A stretch of 64,000 nt of DNA, taken from NCBI RefSeq assembly GCF_009914755.1, contig NC_060937.1; one strand, 5' to 3'. The notes under the pieces are model-generated. The model ran no database searches, was not told the DNA's origin, and saw only the letters and a program-made list of their open reading frames with translations. Source of the stretch: the human T2T-CHM13v2.0 reference genome, Homo sapiens. Positions 52,001 through 64,000 of the stretch are shown piece after piece. Position 1 is the first letter of the stretch; each line of letters opens with the position of its first letter. The position numbers and the translations under genes are program-made.

Positions 52001-54792
52001 GAATGTTTGCCTGTGACTTTTTTAAACCATGAAAAGGACAAATGCAGGCAGTGGCTGCTGGGTTAAAATCAAATAAAAATAACACAAATGAACAAGAGAA
52101 TAGAGGGATGATATTGTACGCTGGGGCATATCAATTAAGAACTATTTCCACAATCTGTCCAGAAATTCAGTGATAATATGCACTATACAACTATCCACCC
52201 TTACGTTCTTATTTTTCTTTTTAGCAATGAGGGAAAAAATGGAGACAATAAAACGAGTAAATTGGTTCATTTTATTGTAATCAAACAATTTGGTTGAAGT
52301 CTCAATGATACTCACTCTGCAGTTACTCAGGAAATTTTATACAAATAATGATCTTTGATGTATCTGATTTTCAAAGCAACATAGATTAGAGGAATCCCCT
52401 TCCCCTCCCCATTACTGGAATTATCATCACCCAGCCTGACTAAATGCATTTCACACCAGACTTCTGTGCATAAAGATATACTGCCCACTGCTGTGAAAAT
52501 TAGTATAACTTTGATGAGTCATTTGTTCCAACCTTTGAAAAAAATGAAACTTCTGAGAACCATACTGATCTCATGATAACTTTATCTCTATACATGATAT
52601 GGTCCTAGATTTGTAACTTGGCCATGAAGAATCCATTTGCTAAGGAGAATAAAATGTATTTAAGGAAATATAAAAAGACATGCATAAAAACAGCCATTAT
52701 GTTAAAAAGTGTATTCAATATTATGGTTAGAGCCTGGTTAATGTCTCATAATGGTGATTTTTAAATGCCTTCTGCATATTTTTTGTAACCAGAATTACTA
52801 ATTACGACTGATCATTTGGGCAAAGAAACTCATCAAAGCATCGTCTATTAGGAAAATTAATTAGGCATCTCTACTTAAAATTAGACAAATGATGGCTGAT
52901 ATGAATGCTGACATAGTATGGCATTGATGTAGGTTGAAGCAGGCAGACTGACATTTAGACCAAGGGATTATAAACTCTTTTATAGTTAATAGTTTGATAA
53001 TTTCTCTCTCATCCACATCTTGATGGCCAGACCTCTGCTTAGAAATTTGACCCATAAGTTTGTTATTTTTGCCTTAGTGCTGGCAGTATGAGTCAAGTGA
53101 CAGAGCCACCATCTCTTCTCAAACAATGCCATTGTCTCTTGATTTCAACCAGATTTTCTATATTTAAGTGTGGTTATACAGTGCTGTTTTGCCTTGCTTT
53201 ACCCACTGTATCGTAGACACTGCTACTCAGTGGGTTTCTGAACAAAACAAAGAGGCTAAAACTGGGGTTTCTCAAAGTTCAGTGTAAAAATTCAACCTCT
53301 TCGTTATGTATTTCTTCTACTTGGAGCCTTAGAATAATTTACTTATTTTATTATAGTTTAAGTAGCTCATTTCTTCAGCCAGTAATTTTTGTCATTAGGT
53401 AACAGCAAATTATACTAGCCATCGCCTGAGTATTTTAATCCCATTTGCATTTTACCAGGTCTGTTCACCTGTCATTTCATTTTTGAAATATAATTCCTAT
53501 AGCAATCATATTAAAAATGAACTAATGTTCCATCATTTTCTGGTCAAGTTAAAACGAGTCTGAGCAAACATATCCAGCATATACCTTCGGAGGAACAACA
53601 TTAATAGAGTGTGTAGTGGTATTTCCCATCCAGAGAGATTTTAACTTGGAAAAGACATCACTTCTTTTAATTTCTCTCCTGTTCAGCGTTTGTATATTCA
53701 ATATGCAAATTAGAACAAAAGCCATTATAAAAATTTTCAGTGTTACATACAAAAATATAAAAGTTAAAATGCTGTAAATATTTAATGCTACAGTATAGCA
53801 TTTAATAGTTTTGTTCAATTTAAGAATCTTAGTTTTACCAGTTTGGTTTAGGAATTCTAATTTGTAAATGAGGGTTGACAGTATTTCACAATGATAAATA
53901 AATCAAAAGGCAAATTCATCATTGATAAGCCATTTTGTAGCAAACTTGCCAGTGGTTAACTAATAGCTTTATTGTATTTCAAAGTTTGTGTGTTTGTTTA
54001 TTTTATGAAGAGGGTGGAAATTGAGATGTCACGTGCCCTTAAAATGCAGAAAATAATGCAAGGCTTTCCAGTGAATGTGTAACTTCTACCTCATGTGAAT
54101 ACTTTTAGGAAGATTCATGATTTGGTGCCCTATGCAAGTGGCAACTCATCTTCAGTGGAAAGATCTTTAAGGGAGAGATGCTTTCTTTTGAGAATTGAGA
54201 GGAATTCTAGACTTTTTAAGAAATGAAAAGGTAAAATAATAAGAGTATCTCAAAATATATACAACAACCCAAACAAGAAAATGTTAACAATTATATGGTA
54301 CTCTTATAAATATGCTCACAAATATTTAAAGAAAGCGTTTCCATGACTTGGCAGATATTACATGCTTGTATATATGTATGTCAAGCAGAATAAACATATT
54401 ATGGAATAAATGGGTTGTGAAATTTACACAGAGTGTATTGATGTGTTTGTAATACAAGTAAATCTGCTTTTCTGTAGTTAATTTACCCTTAGTGATTAAA
54501 ATACACAATTACTTTAAATGTATAATTACCATCATTCTTTTCCCTATAGAAAAAACTTAAGATAATTTTATACCCATATTCATTTAGTATTCAAATATAC
54601 AGTATTTAAATCTTTAGTAGGTGTCAATTTCTACAATTAACCATGTACCAGAAGATTTTCTAGAAAACAATTTGAAATGGGTTGATAAAAGTTTATTTGC
54701 CTCATTGACTAGCAGGCCTGGCTAAAGACACTCATATTTAAACCTTATCTTTGGCCAGTGTGTCTAGTTATATTCCAGGTAGAAGTTCCTTT

Positions 54793-55004
54793 TTTTAATT
54801 TTTATTTTTTGAGACAGGTTCTCATTCTGTCACTCAGACTGGAGTGCAGTGGTGCAATCATGGCTCAGCCTTGACCTCCAGGGCTCAAGCCATCCTCCCA
54901 CCTCCATCTCCCAAGTAGCTGGAACTACAGGCACACACCACCATCTCGGGCTAATTTTTTTCTATTTGTAGGGACAGGGTTTCATCATGTTGCCCAGGCT
55001 GGTC
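54793..55004 (-). mobile_element. 5'-truncated AluJ-type
   Basis: TSD AGAAGTTCCTTT at 54781-54792 and 55005-55016. Confidence 0.88.
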
Positions 55005-55779
55005 AGAAGTTCCTTTCGTGAGTAGCTGTAGTGTCTCGGTATTAGGGGGAAAAAAACAATTAAAAATTATGCCTCTTTACCTAACTTAGAAAAATAACCT
55101 CATATAGTGTTTGGGAAACCTTTTCTGAATTCAATAAAAATTCAGAAAACAAAAATCTAATTTCTATAGGAGATTTCCTTTTCCAGAAATTAATCTGATA
55201 TCTGTTTTTGTTAGTTAGAACTATGTTACTTGAAACGTTGTTACATTTTTAAAGATTGTTTAGTACTTAGGGTGAGTTGTTGAGTGTGAGTAGAAATTAA
55301 ACTTGTGATTTGTGAAAATGTTGTAAGATTATCTGAGTAATGGACAATTTCTAATATTCATTTTTTAAAGTAGCTAACTCTGCCTTATTATCCCCTTCCA
55401 CTTTTCCCCTGGATGGGTGATTTATATAATGGAATGCAGTGTCATTGATTGTGTTTGAAGGAGGCACACTAAATAGCACACTATTGTTATCTTGAAAATT
55501 TGTTTTATTTTGTTTTTGCCCATTTTTTAAATCATTTCATTCTATTTTTGCCCATGTCTCTTGTAATGAGCTACACATGTAATTAGTACACAGAGTTCTG
55601 GTGATGTATTCATTCATGAGTTTAGGAAGTGAGATTTTCAGCTTCATTTCCTTCTAAGCATCTCAACTAGGAGCACAGGGGAGACAAAAAAGATTGCAAC
55701 CTCTTTATACAGTTGTGTTTGACCCTTGGCACTCTATTCTTACTTCAATTATCGTCCATTGTAATGATCCCTTTTCATG

Positions 55780-55905
55780 TCTAGCTTAACCCTAAACTGT
55801 GAGTTCCTTGAGAATAAGAACTTTGTCACAGTGATGTTTTAATATATTCTCACCACACAATAAAGGATCTAAGTGTGTGCTCAATAAATGGGTATTTGTT
55901 GGGAA
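55780..55905 (+). mobile_element. L2 3' relic
   Basis: CTAAACTGTGAGTTCCTTGAGAATAAG...GTGCTCAATAAATG. Confidence 0.5.
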
Positions 55906-56796
55906 ATTTAAACAAGAAATAGTGAATTATTTTCTATTCACTATTTGGATACCCTTTCTCCAAAGATATTTTTTATTTGAGAGTATCTTATTTACAGTAA
56001 AAATCACAAATATTATATATACAATTTAGTTTTGACAAATGTCTACATTTCTATCCTTTACCCAGGCCTTCAATAAGAAAATAATAATAATTTTTTTCCC
56101 AAAGACATAATCTGGTTATTTGGTTATTTGGCTGAAACAATGAATATCTTTGATACATGGATTCTTTAATAATGAATCTGTTATTTAGTATTTAGTCATT
56201 ACTTCATAATGATTCCAAATTTCCTAATAACTTCTTCCCCCACTATCCACCCCCATCCCCTGCCCCTGCAAAAAAGACAAAACAAATCTCCCTTTCCCTC
56301 AGGAAGTAGTTGATTTGGTGCCTGTGTAAGGTAGTTCATGCATTTCCTTCTTCTGTTTTGTTACCATACCGTATGCTTGGCACTCAGTACACCAAGAAAA
56401 CAAAGAGGCATTGCCTGTCTCGAAGTTGCTTAGAGTCTAGTGGGGGAGATAATGCACACCTGCATCCATAGCACAGCAATGTGTACATAATAACAAAGAT
56501 CTGAAAACCCCAGTCAGTTTTCTATGTTTTGTCCTCTTTCACACCCTTCCGAGAGTTCTATCTAATGTAACTATGAATGGTCACTGTGTCTTTATTTTTG
56601 GCCCAGACTCTTCTCAATGCTTCAGCCTCACGTATCCAACTACCTACTGGTTATTCTGCTTGGACATACATCAGCCATTTTAAATTTGGCCTGAGTTGAA
56701 CTCATTCTCTTTCTCTCCCACATTCATTGTGTTTTCATTTGTTTTCTTGAAATCTCCTGGTTAAGTCAGTTCAGGTTGCTATAGAAAAAAATTTTA

Positions 56797-57150
56797 GGTC
56801 TGGCGTGGTGTCTTGTGCCTGTAATCCCAGAATGTTGGGAAGCCTAGGTGGGCAGATTGCTTGAGCCTCAGGAGTTCGAGACCAGCCAGGGTGATTATGA
56901 GGAAACTCTGTCTCTGCAAAAAGAAAAAAAAAAAAAAAAAATACAAATACTAGCTGGGCATTGTGGCGGTGTGCCTGTAGTCCCAGTAGTCAGGAGGCTG
57001 AGGCTGAAGATCACCTGAGTCAAGAGAGGTTGAGGATGCAGCAGACAGTGGTCGTGCCATTGCACAGAAGCTGGGGTGGTACAGGGAGACCCTGTCTCAA
57101 AAAAAAAAAAAAAAAAAAAGAGAAAAAAGAAAGAAAGAAAAAGAACAAAA
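56797..57150 (+). mobile_element. AluJ-type with long A-rich tail
   Basis: Diverged dimeric Alu. Confidence 0.85.
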
Positions 57151-57218
57151 GAATCCTATAGACTAGGTGGCTTAAACAACAAACTGATTTCTCACAGTTC
57201 TGGAGGCTGGAAGTCTGA

Positions 57219-57541
<323 letters not shown>

Positions 57542-57791
57542 GCTCCTGTGTCATCCAGGAGGGAGTGCAGTGGGTGCCATGTCGGCTCACTGCAACCTAT
57601 GCCTCCTGGGTTCAAGCCATTCTCATGTCTCAGCCTCCAGTGTAGCTGGGATTACAGGCGTGTGCCATCATGGCCGGCTAATTTTTTTTTGTATTTTTGG
57701 TAGAGATGGAGTTTTACCATGTTGGCCAGGCTCGTCTTGAACTCCTGGGCTCAAGTGCTGGGATTACAGGCGTGAGCCACCTCTCCAGGCC
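57542..57791 (-). mobile_element. Older Alu lacking its tail, fused to the preceding Alu
   Basis: GGAGTGCAGTGG...GCTGGGATTACAGGCGTGAGCCAC. Confidence 0.8.
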
Positions 57792-58489
57792 CAAGCTCCC
57801 TTTTTGTAATGGCACTCACTCCATTTATGGGAGGTCTACCCTCATGACCTGATTATGTCCCAAAGGTCCTCCTACCTCTTAAAACAGGGGGATTTCAACA
57901 TATGAGTTTTGTGGGGAAGGAAATATTCAGCCTGTAGCACTTCTCTTTCCATTTCTATTTCAATTAATGGCACTGCCTTTTGCACAAATTAGGAGCCTGA
58001 GAGTCCTATTTGACTTTTCTCTATTTCTCACATCTAATTTATGATGTAGTCTAGTATATTCTACCTCTGGAATTCCTCTGAAACCCTCCTTCTTCCCTCT
58101 AGTACCACTGTCACTGTCTTTGTTTAGGTTTTCATCTTCATTTTCTCTCAGTTGGATTATGGCAGTAGGCTCCTAAAGAATCTTTCTACCTTAATTTATC
58201 TTCTTTTAATACAATGTCCTACATAGGTGCCTGGGATTGTTTGTCACATGCTGTGCCTTGACTGGATTAAACTCGTAATTACTCACCCATGCCTCTTTCT
58301 TTCCTGCCTCCTGTACCTGATGTTCTTTCTGCTTGAGACTCTGTAATCTGGACATGACAAAAGCCTTCCATATCCGTACCTCTCTCAAGGGACTGCCTTT
58401 CCCACCTTCCCTACTACAGTGGCTGGCACAGCTCCATGTCCCATAGTCTCCATTCCTTCTCCTCTACCTCCAGAAACAACTAACTGGAC

Positions 58490-59012
58490 TATGTGGGGGC
58501 ATCTGAGCCATGAGGAGGCATTACATAGGCATTAAAAGATGAGCTGGGCCAATCAAGTTCCCTTTCTCTTGGGACTCTCCATGCAGACATCTCATTCTGA
58601 GAGAACAATGATTCATGGCACAGTGACTTAGTCAGTGAATGCCTCAGGTACGAGGTGGAGGTGGACCCTTCAGGAGTCGTAGCCATCCAAAGTTATGAGG
58701 AGGTTCAAACATGGAGGAGCAGCCATGAGGTAGACAAAAGATAGGCCAAATACAGGGTCAGAAATCCACTTGACAGTGAGGAGGGATGGTTGGAAACAAC
58801 TGAAGAGAAGCTGAGTCACCTGTAGGCTGGAGTTAGACAGTGAGCCCCTGTCCTTCAGCTTCAGCCGCCAGATGCGTTCCTTGAGGCTGTGTGATTTGGC
58901 TTTTCTTGGGTTCCCTTGTATGTGCATCCTTATATTAATCCCTTACTCTACCCTCCTACCTTAAAATTAATTCAGTGAGACTGTTCTTCACAGCTAAAAG
59001 AACCTAAGTAAA
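58490..59012 (+). mobile_element. Probable old ERVL-class LTR
   Basis: CTGGGCCAATCAAGTTCCCTTTCTCTTGGGA...GTTCCTTGAGGC...CAGCTAAAAGAACCTAA. Confidence 0.4.
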
Positions 59013-59024
59013 ATGTTTCTTCTA

Positions 59025-59455
59025 GGCCGGGAGTTCAAGACCAGCCTTGGCACTATGTTTGGTTCTATGTTTAGTGAGACTCCATCTCTGCAACACACAC
59101 TGTGGCCTACCATGGGGGAGGGCATCAGGATAAATAGCTAATGCATGTGGGGCTTAATACCCAGGTGATGGGTTGATAGATGCAGTACACCACCATGGCA
59201 CACATCTACCTGTGTAGCAAACCTGCACATGTATCCCAGAACTTAAAATTTAATTTAATTCTTAAAAATGCAAAATAAAAAAAGAAATTAGCTGAGTGTG
59301 TTAGCGTGCACCTGTGGTCCCAGCTACTTGGGAGGCTGAGGCAGGAGTATTGAGTAAGCCCAGGAGTTTGAGGCTGCAGTGAGTAGTGAGTGCACCACTG
59401 GGCAACAGAGCAAGACCCTGTCTTTAACAGAACAAAAAGTAAAAAGTAAAAAACA
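59025..59455 (+). mobile_element. AluJ-type split at its A-rich linker by an L1 fragment
   Basis: Left-arm remnant at 59025-59092. The right arm resumes at AAATTAGCTG near 59285. Confidence 0.78.
59093..59268 (+). mobile_element. L1PA (older primate) 3' end fragment
   Basis: GCATCAGGATAAATAGCTAATGCATG...GGTGATGGGTTGATAG...CACCATGGCACAC...TATCCCAGAACTTAAA. Confidence 0.85.
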
Positions 59456-60127
59456 AAATGATTTTCCCCACCCTCCCCCCTTCACCTCAGCTAAAATGTC
59501 ACCTCCTCCAGAAATTCCTTATCATTTGGTTGTACCACTGTTTGCTGCTTACCACTGTCTTAAGTTGTAATTACGTATGGTCTTCTCTCTAGGTAGGGAA
59601 CAACTTGAGACTAAAGACGTTGTGACTCACATGAGTTTGTATAAATGAAGAAAATGCGATGGGACATAAGTAGGGTGTGGGGAGAGCCTTCATGGGGAGA
59701 TCATACTTGACCTGAGTCTTCCCAAAAGCAATCCCTCTGTCTTACAATACAGCTGTCACCACAATTGGCTTGATAAAATATGGAGTAACAAATGTTAGGT
59801 TCACCTAGACTAATCTTCCCTTCCTATACATGAAGTACTTGGAGGAAAGAGAAAGCAGTAAAGTGATTTTCCAGAGTCACACATTCTGACATAGGCAGTG
59901 CCAGACCAAAAATCAGTCACTTCCCATAAGGTGGATATGCACACTCACAGAAAGAACGAGCCTATGCATAGAATGATCTCATTTTCAAGTAAAATAATTT
60001 TTGAGATACAAACATCAGCAATGACAACCACACCCCATTCCCCAGATCTTGCATGTACCCAGATTTATTATAAATATTTTGTGATAAACTCTAATCAGAG
60101 CCCAGTCCCTCAGTTTAATAGTCATAG

Positions 60128-60550
<423 letters not shown>

Positions 60551-61324
60551 ATGGGTTTCTCTGTCTTTTTCAAACCATCCCCTGCGTACTGCCTGACGTG
60601 GATTTTCTCTCTCTGGGAGTCTAGGTTAGGTATCTCTCAAGCTTTCTCTGATCAAAGCAGATGCAATCCCTTCCGTTGGTACCACAGTAGCACTTTTCTC
60701 TTAGGGTTTTTTTTTTTTTTGGAATTAGTCACATGGTGTCTCATATAATAGTTATTTTTGCACTTCTGTTACTTGCATCTATTAGATTGTGCACTTCTGG
60801 TGGCAGGCATTTTATGCAACCATCTGGACTACAGTTCCTTGGACTCAGTAAAGATTTATTGAATACATGATCTCATGGGGTCATTTGTTTCTTTCAACAT
60901 CTTGTTTCCACTACTCTCCATAAAATTCATAGGTTCTCTAGTAATGAGCACTTCCCTTTTATCTCATAAATACCTTTAAGTGACTATCTGCCACTTGCAA
61001 AAATATCTAAGGAGGGGAATTAAGTGATTTTGACTTCTAATAAATTGACAGAAAATGTTTTAACCATAAAGATTCAATCAATACAACCACTTTTAATACA
61101 AACTACTGTTTTGAATGTTTGTGGGCAGTGCAGAGCAATGTAATATATTAATTCAGCCTTCATGGAAGCTAAGTACTTAGAGGAGGAACTAATTTAAATA
61201 AAGTCAGAAAACATGAAAATGTGGAAGGAACAGTGATCGCTAAAATGACTTCCATGAATTCCATAATAAATGTTGCTGAATGTCTGAGTTATTTTGATTT
61301 ACCTAAAATAATGGTTAAGAATTG

Positions 61325-61475
61325 GGTTCTCCTGCAGTGGTCAAGGTTAGAATTCAAGAACTGCCACTCACACTTGCTTGGTTGGATTCTTCTATTAAGA
61401 GTTAAAGCATATGGAGCCATTAGCACAGAGCCTGGCATAGTGTAGGCACTCATTACATTTTCTCTGCTATTACTT
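61325..61475 (+). mobile_element. MIR relic
   Basis: TTAGCACAGAGCCTGGCATAGTGTAGGCACTCA 3' motif. Confidence 0.5.
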
Positions 61476-62172
61476 TTAGATTGCAAACTCACATAGCTAT
61501 TTTAAGAGTGTTATATGCCAATGCCACTTGTAGAAAATTTGTAAAACTTAGTTTTATTTCTGGTGCAGTTACTCTTTTTAAAGTTATAAATTATATGTAA
61601 TTACTAGTATCAACTAGAGGAGATCAAGTACTGTTCTTCGGGGTCTAAATTAATCGTATGAGTAGTTATTCTCTAAGCAGATATTGCATCATACATGTCC
61701 AACAGCCTCTTAAGGTATTCAGAATTAATAAAGCAGGGAAGATATTAATCAAGGATAGTATCTAGCAGATTTGCATAAATTAATTAATGTCAACAGCTAC
61801 AACAAGCTGCAGCATAGCAGCACCTGGGAAAATCTTTACTCCCAATGAAATAAGGTAGTGAGCCTGCAGGGCAGAGAGATATTCTATCTCCAAATACATG
61901 CCAAGGTCACCGTTTACATAACACAAGTGACAACACCCAGCCAAATCACAGTAATGCATGGGTGTGTAGGAGGGGTACATCCAGGAAAATATGGTGAATA
62001 TAAAGCTGTTTAGTGAAATCCTTAATGGCTTTTCAGGTGTTTATATTTTAGCATTGCATTGAGATTTCTGTTTCTTTGCACTACATTACTGAAAATAAGT
62101 ATTAAAATTTATTGGTTTTATTATTCGTAAATTCAGCAAGTTCCTTTTGTGAATTGAGGTTTAAGAATAGGA

Positions 62173-62522
<350 letters not shown>

Positions 62523-62525
62523 TTA

Positions 62526-62838
<313 letters not shown>

Positions 62839-62929
62839 GAAAACCTTGTTGCTTCACTTCTTGTACCCATTTCAAATCCAACCCGGTTCCATTGGCAGAC
62901 ATTTCCTTAATGTTAGCTTTACTAACTCA

Positions 62930-63250
62930 TTTACGCATTCATTGACTCAATAAACATGTTTGAGAACCTAATAACCAATTGTTACTGTCTTTGATAATGG
63001 GAATGCAAAACTCAGGATCCTCCACTTCAAAGTGCCTGGAGTCTGAAATCTCGTGCTTCCTGCAAACAAATAATCACAGATTGATGGCTCATGTCCTAAA
63101 ATGGTGATGCTTGGATATGTGCTACTGGTCCTTCCTGAAGAGAACTTGAGAAGTTTTCAAAGAGAAAACAATATTTAGGACCAATATATGTGCTTGACTA
63201 GGAGAGGTGAGAAGAGAGACTATTTCAGAGAATGGGACCACCATGTTAAT
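62930..63250 (-). mobile_element. L2 relic
   Basis: CATTCATTGACTCAATAAACATGTTTGAGAACCTA, the reverse L2 3' end. Confidence 0.5.
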
Positions 63251-64000
63251 TACTCTTCATAGTTCCCAGAGTTACTCTCTTCTTGCATTAGCTATGCTGA
63301 GCTTCCTGCAGTTGTTGATGTTAGTTAATTTTATGCAGTCTGTGTTGGTGAGCCATGAGGAAGGACAAGGAGAAGTACAGAAAGGAGACTGTTGCTCCTT
63401 CTATAGTCTTGAATACTCCAGTGCCCATTTGATTTTGGCAGGTATTTGAACACTGGCTCATTTAACCTGTTTCTGTCATCTCTAGGAGGCATGTGCTTCT
63501 TTATAGCTTGGGGGTAACTGGGAGGACATCTTAACAGTTCCTACTTCTCCAGCCTACAAATGGAGCCTTTGGGAGAGAAACATCCCAAGACATGCCTTGA
63601 CTAGTGGACGGTCTTCTTTGTCCAGCTGGGATCCAACACCAACTGGGTTCCCTTGATGTCTATAAATGGTGGACCTCCTTGGAGCAACACGTGAAGAGCC
63701 CCGATGGATTATTTGGCATAATGACGAGAAATTACTAGTGTAAGGAACAAGATTGTATTCACAATTTTAATACCCCTACAAAGCTTCTTCTTAAGGACTT
63801 GGTTTAGTTATACAATAATAAAATATAATTTATTCAAACTTCTGAAAAGATCACAATTGGGTCACTGTATATTTTTCTCTGTTTTAATACACAAAGTGTT
63901 AATCAAAGCTTTATGAGGGCCTCTGTTTATGAGCAAGGATGGGATGTGGGAATGCTGTGAGGATACTTTTTTTCTGGCTAGTGAGATGTTACTATTTTAA

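Noticed and set aside
53549-53818. Minus-strand ORF with a possible donor AAG|GTATAT
   Set aside because: The splice sites are weak, the peptide is unrecognised and composition is low-complexity AT-rich.

Overview
This is AT-rich primate (human-like, catarrhine: AluY present) non-coding genomic DNA. I find no protein-coding gene that I can recognise. The ORFs in the track are decayed L1 ORF1/ORF2 fragments, Alu-, LTR- or microsatellite-derived frames, or chance ORFs. Bases 1-6786 are minus-strand LINE-1 sequence: an ORF2/ORF1/5'UTR element followed by a second L1 5'UTR. The rest is unique sequence interspersed with about 20 Alus, THE1/MLT1/ERV1/ERVL solo LTRs, MER/Tigger DNA transposons, MIR/L2 relics and microsatellites. 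Most L1 and LTR copies lie on the minus strand, which suggests (inference) a large intron of a plus-strand transcript. The most notable items are a short snaR/ASR-like Pol III retrocopy with a 16-bp target-site duplication (TSD), a perfect 3 x 161-bp tandem triplication, a fold-back inverted duplication inside L1 ORF2, stacked L1 5' ends, an exact ACOX1-type DR1 element and several candidate cryptic exons. Repeat subfamily names come from recalled consensus sequences and need RepeatMasker/Dfam confirmation. Boundaries of old repeats are approximate.
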